Below are positions 11,887 through 27,710 of a stretch of DNA of 64,000 bases, piece after piece. The notes beneath the pieces were generated by a model. That model ran no database searches. It worked only from the letters and a program-made list of their open reading frames with translations, and had not been told where the DNA came from. The stretch is taken from the NCBI RefSeq assembly GCF_009914755.1, contig NC_060928.1; one strand, given 5' to 3'. Position numbers and translations under genes: made by a program. How positions within the stretch are numbered: the first letter of the stretch is position 1; each line of letters opens with the position of its first letter. This DNA is from the human T2T-CHM13v2.0 reference genome, Homo sapiens.

Positions 11887-12699
11887 AAAAGTACATCTGT
11901 TAAAAAAAAAAAAAGACGCTCTCTATATACCCTGGAACTCTTAAAAATTTTGGTTGTGTGTTTGTACTGTAGCCTTCAAGAGCTGACTTACACTTGATCA
12001 CAGAGCATTTCTGAAAATATTTCTCACTGTGAAAAATATCATTTTTAAAAAGAAAAGAAACACCCAAGGACAACCTCATACAATCCAAAGACCAACTGTT
12101 CATACTCACAGTTGCCTAGATAACAGAATTGTATTTGTTCAGCATTTTGCTTAGTTTTGCAGGAAAAAGAAAGCAATTTCGATTTGTACTCAGCTTTGCG
12201 AAGGCATAACTAATGCCAAATATCCTTAGCTGTACTCTTCTAGCACTCTTTTAACTTAAATAAATTCAAGAGGCACTTGTGTGGTCTAAAAGATTGTCCA
12301 GATGAAACGAGGCTGAAATGTTCTGTGAAGGGGGAGGGGAGTGAGTGAATAGCATCAGCCAGGATGGTGACCGAGGGCCGCTCCTGTCCATTGCATGAAC
12401 TGTCCTAAGGGGTCAAACTGTTCATCTTCAGCCCTTCTTTCAGTGCGGAATCCTACTTTAAGAGAACAAAAGCTCAAAGCAGACAGTTTTCAAGAAATGG
12501 GAGCACAATGATTTAAACTCATCCCCAAGCCTCAGAAAGAAAGGGAGCTGAGTGCGTGTAGTGAGAGACAAGTGGAGTAAGGGGAGGGGTGAGAGGGTGG
12601 GGATCTTTAGAAAGTCTTTGTTGCTTCTAAGAAGCTTGAACTTTGAGACGACCCAAAAGCCCTAAAGTTTAGGGTAGGTGTTGCTGTGGAGCCATAGGC

Positions 12700-14250
12700 T
12701 ACATTCCCTCCACACTTCGACCTCACAAGTTGCGAAAGAGGACAAATGGTCGCCGCGCTAGTCCCTTGCTGTTGCAGGTGACTGTCGGGGGCGCGAAAGA
12801 GGGCGCCCTTCCCTGAGAGGACAAAAGCCAAGGTTTGGCTATCCAGCGAGCCTGTCCCCCAATTCACAGTAAACCACCGTCGGCCAAAGGAGATGGCGTG
12901 TCTACTCTCTGCTAAAATAACAAGATGAAGTACCTGACAAGGGGGCTTTGTAACCCAAATCCTAATCCTCCGAGTGAGTTCTCAGAAAGATGGAAAGATG
13001 GCGGGAAAAAGTTGGTAAATCCTAAACATCTTTTACATCAACGGTCTCTAGTTCTTCGCTGCAGGCTAGAAACGCAGCTTCCAGAGCAGGAGAGCCTGGT
13101 ATGGAAACAATTAGCTTTCTCCGCAGAGCACCCCTTGCAACGCTAGGATTCGTTATTGATAGTGGTGAGCGCTGGGAATGAGTGTGAATTCGGAGTTTCT
13201 GACGGTCCCCTATCCGGGAGCCAAGGAAGCCAAGGAGAAAACAATGTAAATTCGCCCCGATCCCCAGTTACTGCATCCCACATGGTATTCTCGGTCTCCC
13301 CCACGTTTTCCCCTTGAATCCTGTCCGGGGAGGATTCGGCTTGAACCTAGCCCTGGAGAGGTCCCGGCCAGGTCACTGAACTGCGCTTCACTGCGCCAGC
13401 CCCTCCCCTTCAGTATTTTCATCGCGTCCGAGGAATCGGCATCCACCACAGCAGACAGAAGGCAGGGAAGATCATCCCCCAGGCCCCAAGCCCCACTCTA
13501 GAGACCCTGGCCCCAAGCCCGCACGACGTGCTCTGGTGCCTCCAAGCCAAACATTCCGGGATTCGGCTTGACACACAAGGTCAGTCAGCTTGCTAGCGCG
13601 GAATCGGCCCCGCAGGTGCTAGGAGGCTCACTTCCTTCTTCGCAGACGCTATACCCTATCCCCACCTGCTCTGGGGAAGGCAAAGCTCCGCAGACTTCTT
13701 ATCCCTGAGGCAACCCGCTACCCAAATGTCCCTCTTCTTTCCCACGAAGGAAAGAAATTACCGTAGGAGATTTTGCCAATCCATGCCAGCTTTCTGATTG
13801 TTTTCTTCAGGTAAGGGGAAAAGAACAGCCAGCGCGTGAATGGAGAGCTGAGGGCCCACTAGGGAGAGAACCTCTTCCCCACCCTTCGGTGCCTGCAAAA
13901 AGGGACATTGGCTATCCAGGGGAAAGTGCAAGAAAGAGAGCACTAATCGCTGAACCAGGAGACAAACACGATTACCAGCTCCGAGCCTTGAGTCAGAAAG
14001 TCTCATAGACTTTAAGATGTTAATCCCCAGCATAATCCTTCCTTTGGCGTGTAGGAATAGTGCAGCCACAAGAGTTGTTTTGTTATTTATATTGGCGTTT
14101 AATAAAACTCAGCCAGTGGTGAATGGGCTGCCCACTCTCCAATGGTAATTAATTCCCTATTTCAGTGACCCAATTGTCCTGGGACAGAGCGGTGGGCCCG
14201 TCCCAGTGCCCCGATCCCCCTTTGTGCGGATACACTGCCCTCGTGCTTCA
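12700..14250. promoter_or_regulatory. CpG-rich upstream region, candidate cis-regulatory module
   Basis: Elevated CpG, no repeats, IR1 nuclear-receptor element 13370-13382, TAATTAATT near 14147. Confidence 0.45.
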
Positions 14251-14895
14251 ACAGCTATGGAAACTCATTCTTTTGATGTCATTCAAGGAGTTTTCCTTGG
14301 GCATCTTCTAAACTTCAAGGACCCTTTTCTTTCTGCGTTTCATGAAAAGCAGTGCGAGCTTGACCACCTCTGTAGAATTTAATGATTTGGTGAAAGGGCC
14401 CTTTGGGATTTGTGTAAGGAGTTAGACAGAGAGAAAGGAAATTTGGCAGCCTGCTCCCTCGCAGGGACCGTCCCTAACCTGGAAAACACAGAACTTTGAG
14501 AAATGGATAAAGATCTTGAAAGCTGATTTTCCCTCTCCTTTCCCCACTAAGGAAAAAAAAATACCCAAAACAAACAAAACAAAACTTAATTCTCTTCTGG
14601 AAATAAATGTATCGTTTATTGTTGCTGATACAAATTAAAAGGGTGATGTTGAGGTAAATAAGTTCGAATCTTTAGCAGAGACTCTTCCTTAATCTGTACC
14701 TTTTGGGAAAAGGATATCAGTTTATTACTTTAATTGATTCATTGAATCATTTCTCCTTCCTACATTCAAACTACACTTAATGAACACCCAGTGTATGTCA
14801 AACACTGTACTAGGCCCAGGAAACACCGACGCACAAGACGCACATTCCTACCCCCACAGAGCTTACATTCAAAAGGTATTAAAAATCGTTTTAGT

Positions 14896-15270
<375 letters not shown>

Positions 15271-15359
15271 TTATTTTCAGGGATCTAAAGATATACTTTA
15301 GAATCTAAAACATTGGGGGTTGACACTTATTGCTGATTTATCCATTCTTTCTTTCCCCC

Positions 15360-16780
15360 CGAAGTATTTCTCGAGCGCCTACCGAGTGCCAGGCGCCTAG
15401 CGAGGCGCAGCGTTAGCACCAGGCGCGAACCAGACAGCTGTGGCCTGCCTGGTAGAAACGACCCTGCGATAACGCAGTTGCTAGTACAGCTCTCGGCGGA
15501 GGAGCCAGGGCCGGGTCTCCAGGCCGGGAGGGGGCGGCCGCGGTGCGCCCGGGCAGCGCTCCCTGCGCAAGTAGTTCTTCTATGTCTTTACACGCACTTC
15601 CAAAAAAACTTCGCAAGTCACAGAAACAATTCAGAATTCAACTAAGAAAATACAGAGTGAACCATATGGCCTGGGTGGCTCGAGTCGGCTGCATTTTCCT
15701 CCAGACAAAGAAGGGATTGAGGGTTGAAGGAAAGGAGAAAAAAAACCAACTTTCCGGCTGATGAAGCTGTTGTCTGGAGGCAATGATCCCAAATCTGAAG
15801 GCTTTATTCCGGCTCCGACGGAGACGTGATATGTCATATGATTAGCATCTTTCATATTTACAAGAGTGGTATGGGCTGCCAATCTTGAGAGAAAGGCGAG
15901 AGAAAGAAGGGGGCATATGCTGAAATGGATTTAGCATTTGAAAGAGAGAAAGGAGATCGGATAAATACACTTAAACGAGGATTTAGTTTTACTCCTGTTG
16001 AGTTCTAATAGATTGTTGATTGAGATTTTAGGGGCCTGGAACCGAGGTGTCAGCAGTAATTTAAAGAAGGTATTCAGTCCGCCAGCGTCTCTTTTCTCCG
16101 TTTCCCCCTTCCACCCCTCCCACCCCTCCCTCATTTACGCCTTCAAGCAGTATGGGGGCGGAGAAGACTTTTAAAACAAAACACAAAACAAGATCTTTTG
16201 CGAGAGCGGTGTCCGAGGGAGCCGGAGCGCTGACAGGTGTGCAGGAGGCGCCCCCTACAGCCTGCTGCCCCTCTCGGGGTTACACTCCCTTCCTGCCGCA
16301 CCTGAGCGTTTTCAGGACGCGCTCTGGTCCTGGAGGGCCGGGCCCGCCCGAGGGCAGCCGATTCACGGCGGGCGCGCTGCGAAGTCGGGGCGCCCCCTGG
16401 TGGGGCACGGAGGTCGAGGGGGTATCCTGAGAGCACCGCGGGGCTTCGGGGCCGCGGGGGAGCTCCCAAGACAGCCGGCCACCGGGGGACAGTGGATTTG
16501 GGGTCTCCTCGAGGTCGGTCCGGGGACGCCCTCTGGGAAGCTTCACCTGCGGCTCAGGTTACAAACGCACAGTGCCCAGCCACGTCCTCACCTGCAGTTT
16601 CAAAAGCCGAAAGAAACAAACACAAAACACCTCCCCTAGGGTTCTGATAGTTGCCAAGTTTAAGAACAACCGGATTTAAGCCCCACGGGTTTCGTTTTCT
16701 TTTGTTTTGAGGATTTAGCAAATCAGCTAGAAGTGACGCCAAGACCCAATAGGCTGGGGAAAAGGACTTGGTCTCCAGGC
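15360..16780. promoter_or_regulatory. Upstream CpG island and candidate enhancer ~7 kb 5' of NEUROG2 (position similar to mouse Ngn2 E1)
   Basis: CpG-dense; three CATATG E-boxes, FOX motif TGTAAATA (15855-15862), Pax6-like TCATTTACGCCTTCAAGCAG (16131-16150). Confidence 0.6.
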
Positions 16781-17941
16781 TCAAAAGGACTCAGATGCAC
16801 TGAGTGGGTACAGACTTTGTGTATTATATCATGTCTGTACAGATGTTTTCTTTACGCACCCAGAGCCACGTTCAGATTCATTCTCCAGACTGCTTGTCGT
16901 TCCCCCAGTACATTTTAATTATCATCCGAATTGGTATTTGATGTTCATTTTTAGCTAGATGTCCCGAGTGTAAAACGTTGGGCGGGGACAGAGAGGCGTT
17001 CAGCATCATTTGCCTTAGGCCTTAGTTCATGGGTCCAGACACCCAAACTTCTATTTCCGCTCGCCATTTTCATCTGTTTCCCACTTGACTTTACTTGTCC
17101 TTAACTTCGTCAACAAATTACTGTGCTTTCCCAAGGATCTAAGGTAACTTAAGGACTTACCATTTTACCACTTTACCTGTTAATTGGAACGAATTTAAGT
17201 TGCCCACATTTATCAACAGTAGAGACTAATAATACATTATACAATAGTTTACTACAAAATTTTGGTAGTAAATGTATTTACATATAATTGCTACAATAAC
17301 AAAATGTCATGCAGACATTAAAATTATATTTCTGATGGATATTTAATTTTTTAATCTCATAATGTTTAGTATGACCCCAGTTTATAGATATTTGTATCTA
17401 AATGATTGGACAGACATATAAGCTCATACATCCTAGAGTGAAAAATATATTCATAGTGGTTTTTTTTCCATTGAGTAGTGGTAAGTTAAGTTTTTATCTC
17501 TGTGTTTTCTAGGTAAATACTGGAACATTCATAATCAGAAGTTGTTATTTTTTAAAATGCCAGCCTTCTGGAGAATGCCTTTTCTTTTGTAGTCTCTGTC
17601 AAACATTGGAAGGAAATTTCAGTTCAGAGATGTCTGAAGTGGGGTAAGTTATATCGTAGAACTCATCCACAGTTAAAATTAAGGCCCCAGGAGTTGAGCC
17701 ATTTGCACTGACATGGGATACTGTAATTTTAAGACAAACGTTTAAAACTCATTCTTGAACTATCAATGGAAACACTGTTGTAGAGAAGAGGAACATACAT
17801 TGCAATTTCAGTATTCTTGTTAAATCAAAATTCCTGGGGCTGGACAGAGAAAGGAAAGCTCCTCAATGCTGGATCACATAACTTTTCAGAGAGATGAGAC
17901 CTCATCATAGGGTTCTGGTGGATTTCTAAAGAAATACTTGA

Positions 17942-18251
17942 TTTTTTTTGTTTGTTTGTTTTTGTTTTTTGAGACAGGGTCTTGCTCTGTCACCCAGGCT
18001 GGAGTGCAGTGGCATCATCCCACTCAATGCAACTTCCTCCTTCCAGGTTCAAGCGATTCTCCCACCTCAGCCTCCAGAGTAGCTGTAACTACAGACAGCA
18101 CCACCACACCCTGCTAATTTTTGTATTTTTAGTAGAGACGGGGTTTCACCATGTTGTCCAGGCTGGACTCGAACTCTTGGGCTCAAGTGATCTGTCTGCT
18201 TCAGCTTCCCAAAGTGCTGGGATTACAGGCATGATCCTCTGTGCCCAGCCA
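17942..18251 (-). mobile_element. Alu
   Basis: Reverse Alu consensus. Confidence 0.92.
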
Positions 18252-19046
18252 GATTAAAAAAAAAAAAAAAAAGTCTCAAAGTAATACATTCCTTTATTTA
18301 ATAACACTTGCCAGCGGGAAATTCTTTGTGTCTAATCTTTCTTAAATGTGTTTCTTCTTGACCTGCCCTCAGCCATAATTAAAAACTTTCCTTTTTCATT
18401 TTGTGCTTGGAAATATAGCATCTATGGCTACTGTTTTAAAAATAATCAGGATTCAGAAAATACTTGATTCTGAGTTTTGCTTTCCTATGTTGTTAGGCTT
18501 TTGGCTTTCTCTGTGACAGAAGCCATCTTTATCCTGAAGGACACAACTGTGGGTTTCTATTTAACTGCATTTTTATAGCACCAGTCACCACGCTGAAACT
18601 ATGTTGTATTATTGTTGGGTGCATGAGACAGCAGGACTGAGAATAAGAGAAAGGAAAGGATTTGCAAGAGGATAATGGCATTCTTCTCAGCAAATTCTCT
18701 TTTTCTCCAGGGTTTTTATTTTTGAGGATTTGAGGCTTCATTTTCTCTTGAAGGAAGAAAAAGATTAATCTCACAATACAATAATGTACAGAAAAATCAA
18801 GATACCTTTCTAAGGCTATATGGTAAAAGTCTACTAAGAAATTTTGTAAAAACAAAATAGACTAGAAATAAAAAATAAAACTCTATGTCAATATTAACCG
18901 AAACCCAAACCCTATTAATATCCTAAGTAGAAGACAGCTTTCACCTTGTTTTGTTTCTTTTTCAAATTTCCCAGCTGGGGAGATTCTAATATGCCACTAA
19001 AAGGTGGAGAAAATTATAATTTTATTATCTGCATGAATTTGGTGAG

Positions 19047-19351
19047 TTCTTTCTTTCTTTATTTGAGACAGGGTCTCGCTTCTGTCATACAGGCTGGAGT
19101 GCAATGGCATGATCACGGCTCACTCACTGCAGCCTCGACTTCCCTGGCTCAGGTGATCCTCTCACCTTAGCCTCTTGAGTAGCTGGGACTACAGGAGTGT
19201 GCCACCATGCCCAGCTAATTTTTGTATTTTTTGCAGAGACGGGGTCTTGCCATGCTGTCCAAGCTGGTCTCAAACTCGTGAGCTCAAGAGATCTGTCCAC
19301 CTCAGCCTCCCAAAGTGTTGGGATTACAGGCATGAGCCATCACACCCGGCC
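19047..19351 (-). mobile_element. AluJ
   Basis: Reverse Alu consensus with J-type features. Confidence 0.9.
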
Positions 19352-19585
19352 TAGTCTTATTCTTATACTTCAAATAATTTGAGTTACATTGGATTTGAGA
19401 CCAACAATATTCTCAGAAAACAAATGATCAGAGGTTTAAGGAAATTGTATTAGGTTTCAGCGTGTTGTTTCTTAAGATAAATTTCTGGCCACCCAAAAAG
19501 TCACATGGTATTTTGATTTCTTCTCTGAGTCTTCCTTTGGCTCTCAGTGTCTTATAAAATTGGCATCAAGAATGTTGTGTTTCCA

Positions 19586-20063
19586 GCTGGGCATAGTGGC
19601 TCATGCCTACAATCTTAGCACTTTGGGAGGCAGAAGCAGGAAGATTAATTGAATCCAAGAGTTCCTGGATGCACTGAACCAGATGGTGCAACTGCACTAT
19701 GGCCTGAGCAACACAGAGGGACTGTTTCTGAAAAAGGAGTAGTGCCTCATTGAAATAAAAGCCTTTTCCGGCCGGGTGCAGTGGCTCACACCTGTAATCC
19801 CAGCACTTTGGGAGGCTGAGGCAGGTGGATCACTTGAGGTCAGGAGTTTGAGACCTGCCTGGCCAACATGGTGAAACCCCATCTCTACTGAAAATACAAA
19901 AATTAGCTGGACGTAGTGGCTCTTGCCTGTAATCCCAGCTACTCGGGGGGCTGAGGCAGGAGGATCTCTTGAACCTGGAAGGTGGCCAGGTTGCAGTGAG
20001 CCAAGATCATGCCACTGCACTCCAGCTGGGTGGCAGAGTGAGACTCCATCTCAAAAATAAATT
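19586..20063 (+). mobile_element. Old Alu monomer (19586-19736) and AluS (19769-20063)
   Basis: Alu consensus; AluS TSD AAAAGCCTTTTCC. Confidence 0.88.
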
Positions 20064-21142
20064 AAAAGCCTTTTCCTTCCCTCTCATCCCAAAAATTCAA
20101 AGTGCTTTTTTCTCCCTAATAAAATAGAGGTGAAATAAACCACATAGAATTTTTAAAGTAATAATAAGAAACATATGGATACAGCCTCCTAAGAATTCAG
20201 TAGTAATCTCTTGGTTCCAAGTATTTGGCCAAGAAAGAATATCTAGATAGTTATTTCAGTCACAACTTGCTGGCATTGGAATTTCTCTTTAATTTGATAT
20301 TTAAGAAGATACGTATCTGCAGAACACAAAGTGATTTTTCTTTACTCGCCCAGGTAATTTAATCAGTGTGGAGAACCAAGTTAAAAGTTAGGTCAAGATA
20401 GCATTCATAGAGATGAAGACCATCACTTTTTCCTCCTCCTCCTTATTGGACAGTGTATAGTCTATGGCTATGGCAAGGCTGTGTCAGTGCTCTTGACAAG
20501 AGTGTTCTTGACAAAGTTATCCTCTAAAGGAATGATTTCTTTTGCAGTTTTTTCTCTACTTAGTCTTTCTCCATATTTTTAGGTTGCATTGGGTGACCAA
20601 AGGATTCAGTGTTTTTCTGGAGCACTTTTTTAGATGTTTATTTGCAGCTTATACCTTTTGAAAATTTGGAGGATATAGGGACTGCTTCTTGAAGAGGGGA
20701 AGCAAACCTACAATGAGCCAGCCACTGTACCACCTGCCAACCTTGAATATATTATTTAATTTTGTTTTCACACAAATCCCAATGAGGACATTATTGTCAT
20801 TACCATTTTCACAAATGAGGAAACTTGTCTAAGATCACCCAGATCACAACTGCAGTCTAGGCCTGTCACACTGTATACCCAGACTTGACAATTTCAGGCT
20901 TGTGCCCTTTCCTTGAGGAATGTGTTGACCCTTCTGAAAGGGAAAAGATTCCCTGTGGCCTCATCAGTGCAGACAGTGCTATTGTTATTATAAGGTTATC
21001 TAAAGATGGACAAATATAAATCTTACTATAAACTCCTTGTTTTTATCTCTTATATAACCATGACAACCACAAAATTTATAAATATAAGTACAACTATAAA
21101 GCCAATTCTATCCAAATTAACATCAACTTGACAGGATAGATG

Positions 21143-21144
<2 letters not shown>

Positions 21145-21174
<30 letters not shown>
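21145..21174. repeat. (AT)n microsatellite
   Basis: About 15 AT units inside the left TSD copy of the AluYb. Confidence 0.95.
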
Positions 21175-21209
<35 letters not shown>

Positions 21210-21290
21210 AGACGGAGTCTCGCTCTGTCGCCCAGGCTGGACTGCGGACTGCAGTGGCGCAATCTCGGCTCACTGCAAGCTCCGCTTCCC
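21174..21290 (-). mobile_element. Severely 5'-truncated AluYb8-type element
   Basis: Minus strand GGGAAGCGG...GATTGCGCCACTGCAGTCCGCAGTCC (Yb 7-bp duplication); 35-nt pure A tail; TSD GATGTCATATAT. Confidence 0.9.
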
Positions 21291-21789
21291 GATGTCATAT
21301 ATTTTTTTAAATCACCTGAAGACACAACACAAATTTCATATAACCTGCCACTGTGAAGTTTCAAGTTTGGATGCCTTTAGTATGGCACCAGGTATATTGT
21401 GTGATATGCCTACCACTCCCCATCCACCTTTTTTGATACACCAAGAAATCTTTGTACAGTGTTATTTGGCTATCATTAAGTGTTGACTAATAATGTACAT
21501 TGTAAGTTGCCATTTTTTTCTTATTGGCTGTTAAAGCACTCCGCGGAGCCAACATGATCAGAAACATAAATGTAAACAGGGCACTAAAATCTCACATTAT
21601 TAGTGAGCACAGAGAATCTCTATGTCCCCATAGATGCCTGTTCTTAGATTCATAAACTCCACAGCAGAGTTGGGACCTACCCCATGAACTGACGATGGGA
21701 ACACCACCTCCTGAGATCTTCAAGACATGCAATGAGGTAGATATATCCCAACAAGATTGAATGGGAATGTCTTTAATGTGACACTGCTA

Positions 21790-22232
21790 CAGAAAAGACA
21801 GCCAGTGGTGTTCAACTAGCCATTTTCTCCTTTTTTTATGGTAGTTAGATCCCCATTTTTAGCTGGGCATGTGGCTGCCTAAGATAAAGACTACATTTCT
21901 CACTTTCCTTGCAGCTAGGAGAGGTCAGTGCAACCAATTTTAGCCAATGAGATGCAAACAGAAGTGGCACATGCAATTTCATGTCCTTAAGGGTAGGGGC
22001 ATGCCCTCCTCCCTTGCTTTTCCTTTACCCTGCTGCTGAGAATATGGATATGATATATGGGTCTCCATCTTGGGTCGTGAGAAGAGGGGGACAGCCTGGA
22101 GACGGTGCAGCAGCGACACCATATCAGTTCTACATTGTTTACTTCCCAACTTATTTGCATGGGAGAAATAAACTTCTACTTGTTGAGGCCATTGTTATTT
22201 TGAGTTTTCTATCATTCACAACTCAATCTAAC
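21790..22232 (+). mobile_element. ERVL-type LTR (LTR33-like)
   Basis: GACTACATTTC...CTTGCAGCTAG...GCCAATGAGATG...GAAGTG and AATAAACTTCTACTTG motifs. Confidence 0.6.
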
Positions 22233-22271
22233 AAGCTCCAAACTCCCAAACGAATGAAAAATAACAGAGAG

Positions 22272-23015
<744 letters not shown>

Positions 23016-23957
23016 AACGTATACGAAGTTTTAACACAGGTAAAAGTAGTCTCTGGAGAGAGTGGATTAATGGTTACCTTGGGGAGGAGAGACTGAGTCA
23101 CCCCAAAGGGGCCCAAGGGAACTTTGCGGGTAATGGAAATGTTCTCGATTGTGATGGTGGTTACAAAGGTGTACATACATTTGTCAAAATTCATCAAGAT
23201 GTACACTTAAATTACGCATATTTTATGTACTTCAATACAAGTAGTTTTTAAAAAACAAAAACATATTTCTTAGGATAAATGGCCTTGAAGTCAGTGGTTC
23301 TGACACAGGTAGACCAATGATCACATATTGAGAAACAATATTAGAGGTGATGAGCTGCAATAAAAAAATTCTAATGTGATCATATTTGCAATGTTAGAAA
23401 AATCATTCTGGTGGGAAGAGTGACTGAAGACAATGAGTTGAAGAGCTTAGGGACATATAACTTCTGGGCATATGGGACATGTGAGATCAGTTATCATAAA
23501 TGTGTTGTGGCACCCATCTGCACATTAGAATAATTTCCTCTAGAACACCCAGAAACCCAGGTGTAAGAAAATGGAAAAGGATGTTTGAATAAATCCAGAG
23601 TTTTATTAGCTGGAAAAAAAACTGCAGCAAGCCACTAATTTGCCAAGGCAGTTGAGAGTGCTTAAGCAGGATGATGTCTGGACAGAAAGGAAAAGATAAG
23701 GGAACTGATAGAATGTCAGAATAGCAATGAGTCAGGAAATGAGAGCTCATGAAGCCAGAAAGTGTGTGTAGAAGTGAGGGAGAGGTCGTGGTCAGCAGCA
23801 TGTTGGAGTAATTTAGGGTGATGATAAATCTCAGATGACTTTTTTTTTTAAGTATAGACAACATGGAATGAGCTCTAAGATAGATATTGTTCAGTGAAAA
23901 AAGCAAGGTATACAACACTTTTTATATAGTAGTCTACCATGTAAAAGGGGGAGACCA

Positions 23958-25556
<1,599 letters not shown>

Positions 25557-27417
25557 TAGTTAAGCACTTACTGAGCACCTACTGTACTGGTGCTGATCCC
25601 AAATTATAAATGCAAAACATGATTCTGAAGAGCCATTGTCGCTAAAGTTATGTATGTGGTTCCTTTACCAATATGTTGACTATTTTGTCCTTGGTCCCTT
25701 ATATTCAGTCAGCTTGCCTAGGCAACATACATAGTGCATACGTCTGGTCTCATACAACAATGTCTAGACTCATCAAATTACACTGGACTGCTTGCTGTTC
25801 ATTACACTTTACCTTATGCTCTAATTTTGTTCTTATGTGATGTTACCATGTTGCTCAGGAAGGTCATCATCATCCATTCACAACACTGGATAGGGCTCAT
25901 AATACCTAAAAGGAGTCACAAACCTGTGGGAGATGTCAGCTGGTTACACATACATCCACAGCTGTGCTGAAAGACGTGGGATCTTTTTACACCTCAGAAT
26001 TTGTTAACCATATTGTCTTCCCCACCAGTTACTCCCTTCCATTCACAACTATCCTTCTACCTCTCTGACCTACCTAGTCTTCAAAGGTCTAGCTTCTACT
26101 TCATACCCCATAGCCTGACACTGACTCTAGATATAAGGAACCTAAGGACATAGGAGACAAAGTATCGAGCTCCTGATGGCATCATGGTCATGTTAGCTCT
26201 TATTTAGAAATATATATTCCAAAAGAATGGGCAAAGGAGGCTGATTTTCTTGCTTCGAGTATGCCCCTAAGTTTTTCCATCAGGGAGAGCTCTACTTTGC
26301 CCCATGTCGGGGTGGAGTGGTACATAACTAGCTCTGCACTCCATGCCTGGCCTAACACATAAAACAAGCTGCATATGCCTGTTGTGCACAAAGGGCCAGC
26401 CACAGAGCAGATGCTCAATGGATGCACTGACTTTAATGGCACCACAGAAATAATTAGTTCTATTTCAAGAAGCCACAAATCCATCATAATTTGTCCAATG
26501 AAATGAACTATATCTGTCTTTAAAGAGGCTGGCTACCATAGGTACCCTAAAACTTTCACTTAGGAAATTTTCTCTACCAGTTCTTTAGCCTGCAAGGTGA
26601 CTGCTTCCTGATTTTTCACACGTGCAAGCATGCACACATACATCTCCATTTATTATCAGGACCAGATTTGCAATAATTCAGACACTCACAGAGAATTTTT
26701 TAAAAATCAACCTAACTAGTGTTTCAGAATGAGAGAAACTTAGAGGACTGCAGAGATATTTGGATAGTATTTTTCCTTTATTTTATAATCAAGTCATGCT
26801 AATGTAAACCAAACACACAACTTGAACTAAACACACATTTCACTCATGGCTAATTACAAACCAGGGATTTCAAATCAGTGTTGATCTAATGTTTTTAGAA
26901 CAATTATTTAATTTTCAAGGTCCAATATCTGTCGAGTAAATCACCAATTTCCAGTTCATTCTTATTTAATATAAACAAATCTAATTAGTATAAAGATATT
27001 TCACAGCTGTCTTTAAATTAAACCATAGTCAAGAACAAGCAGCATTTTGGGTTTGCTTTGGCATCCCAAATCAAATGTTTTTTGTTCAAATATGAAAGAG
27101 CAATACCAAAAGTTATGTTTTATTTTGAAGTTTTAAGCTAAGCTTCATAAATTCAAGTAACCTATAATTTTTCACAATTCAAATTTTGAATAAGGACAGG
27201 AGCTGGCTACAGAGGAAAGCAAAGTATATTATTTTTTCACCTACTTTTGAGAATTTTAAGAATCACCAGTTCAGCTATACATTTTTGTTAATAATATTTC
27301 TCTTGCATTAAGTAGCAAACTACATCTTATAGTAGCAAATGTAGACATTCAAGGAGAAATCAACAAACCCATTTCTCTAGTAAAAATTATATTTACCAGG
27401 AAGGTATAGACTGTTCA

Positions 27418-27576
<159 letters not shown>

Positions 27577-27710
27577 TTAATAAATGGTTGCATACTAAAT
27601 TAACTAAGGTAAATGATCAGGACATTAGTCTAGTTGGGTCAAAGAGGACTGTAAAATTTTTGGTTTCGGTGTCTTTTACCCTTTGATAAAGTGACTTACA
27701 ATGCAGGTGG

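Noticed and set aside
12396-12415. TGAACT-n8-GGGTCA as a retinoic-acid response element
   Set aside because: Everted 8-bp spacing rather than DR2/DR5; a single weak match with no support
17248-17272. Small AT-rich inverted repeats (also 47185-47216)
   Set aside because: Short imperfect arms expected by chance in AT-rich DNA
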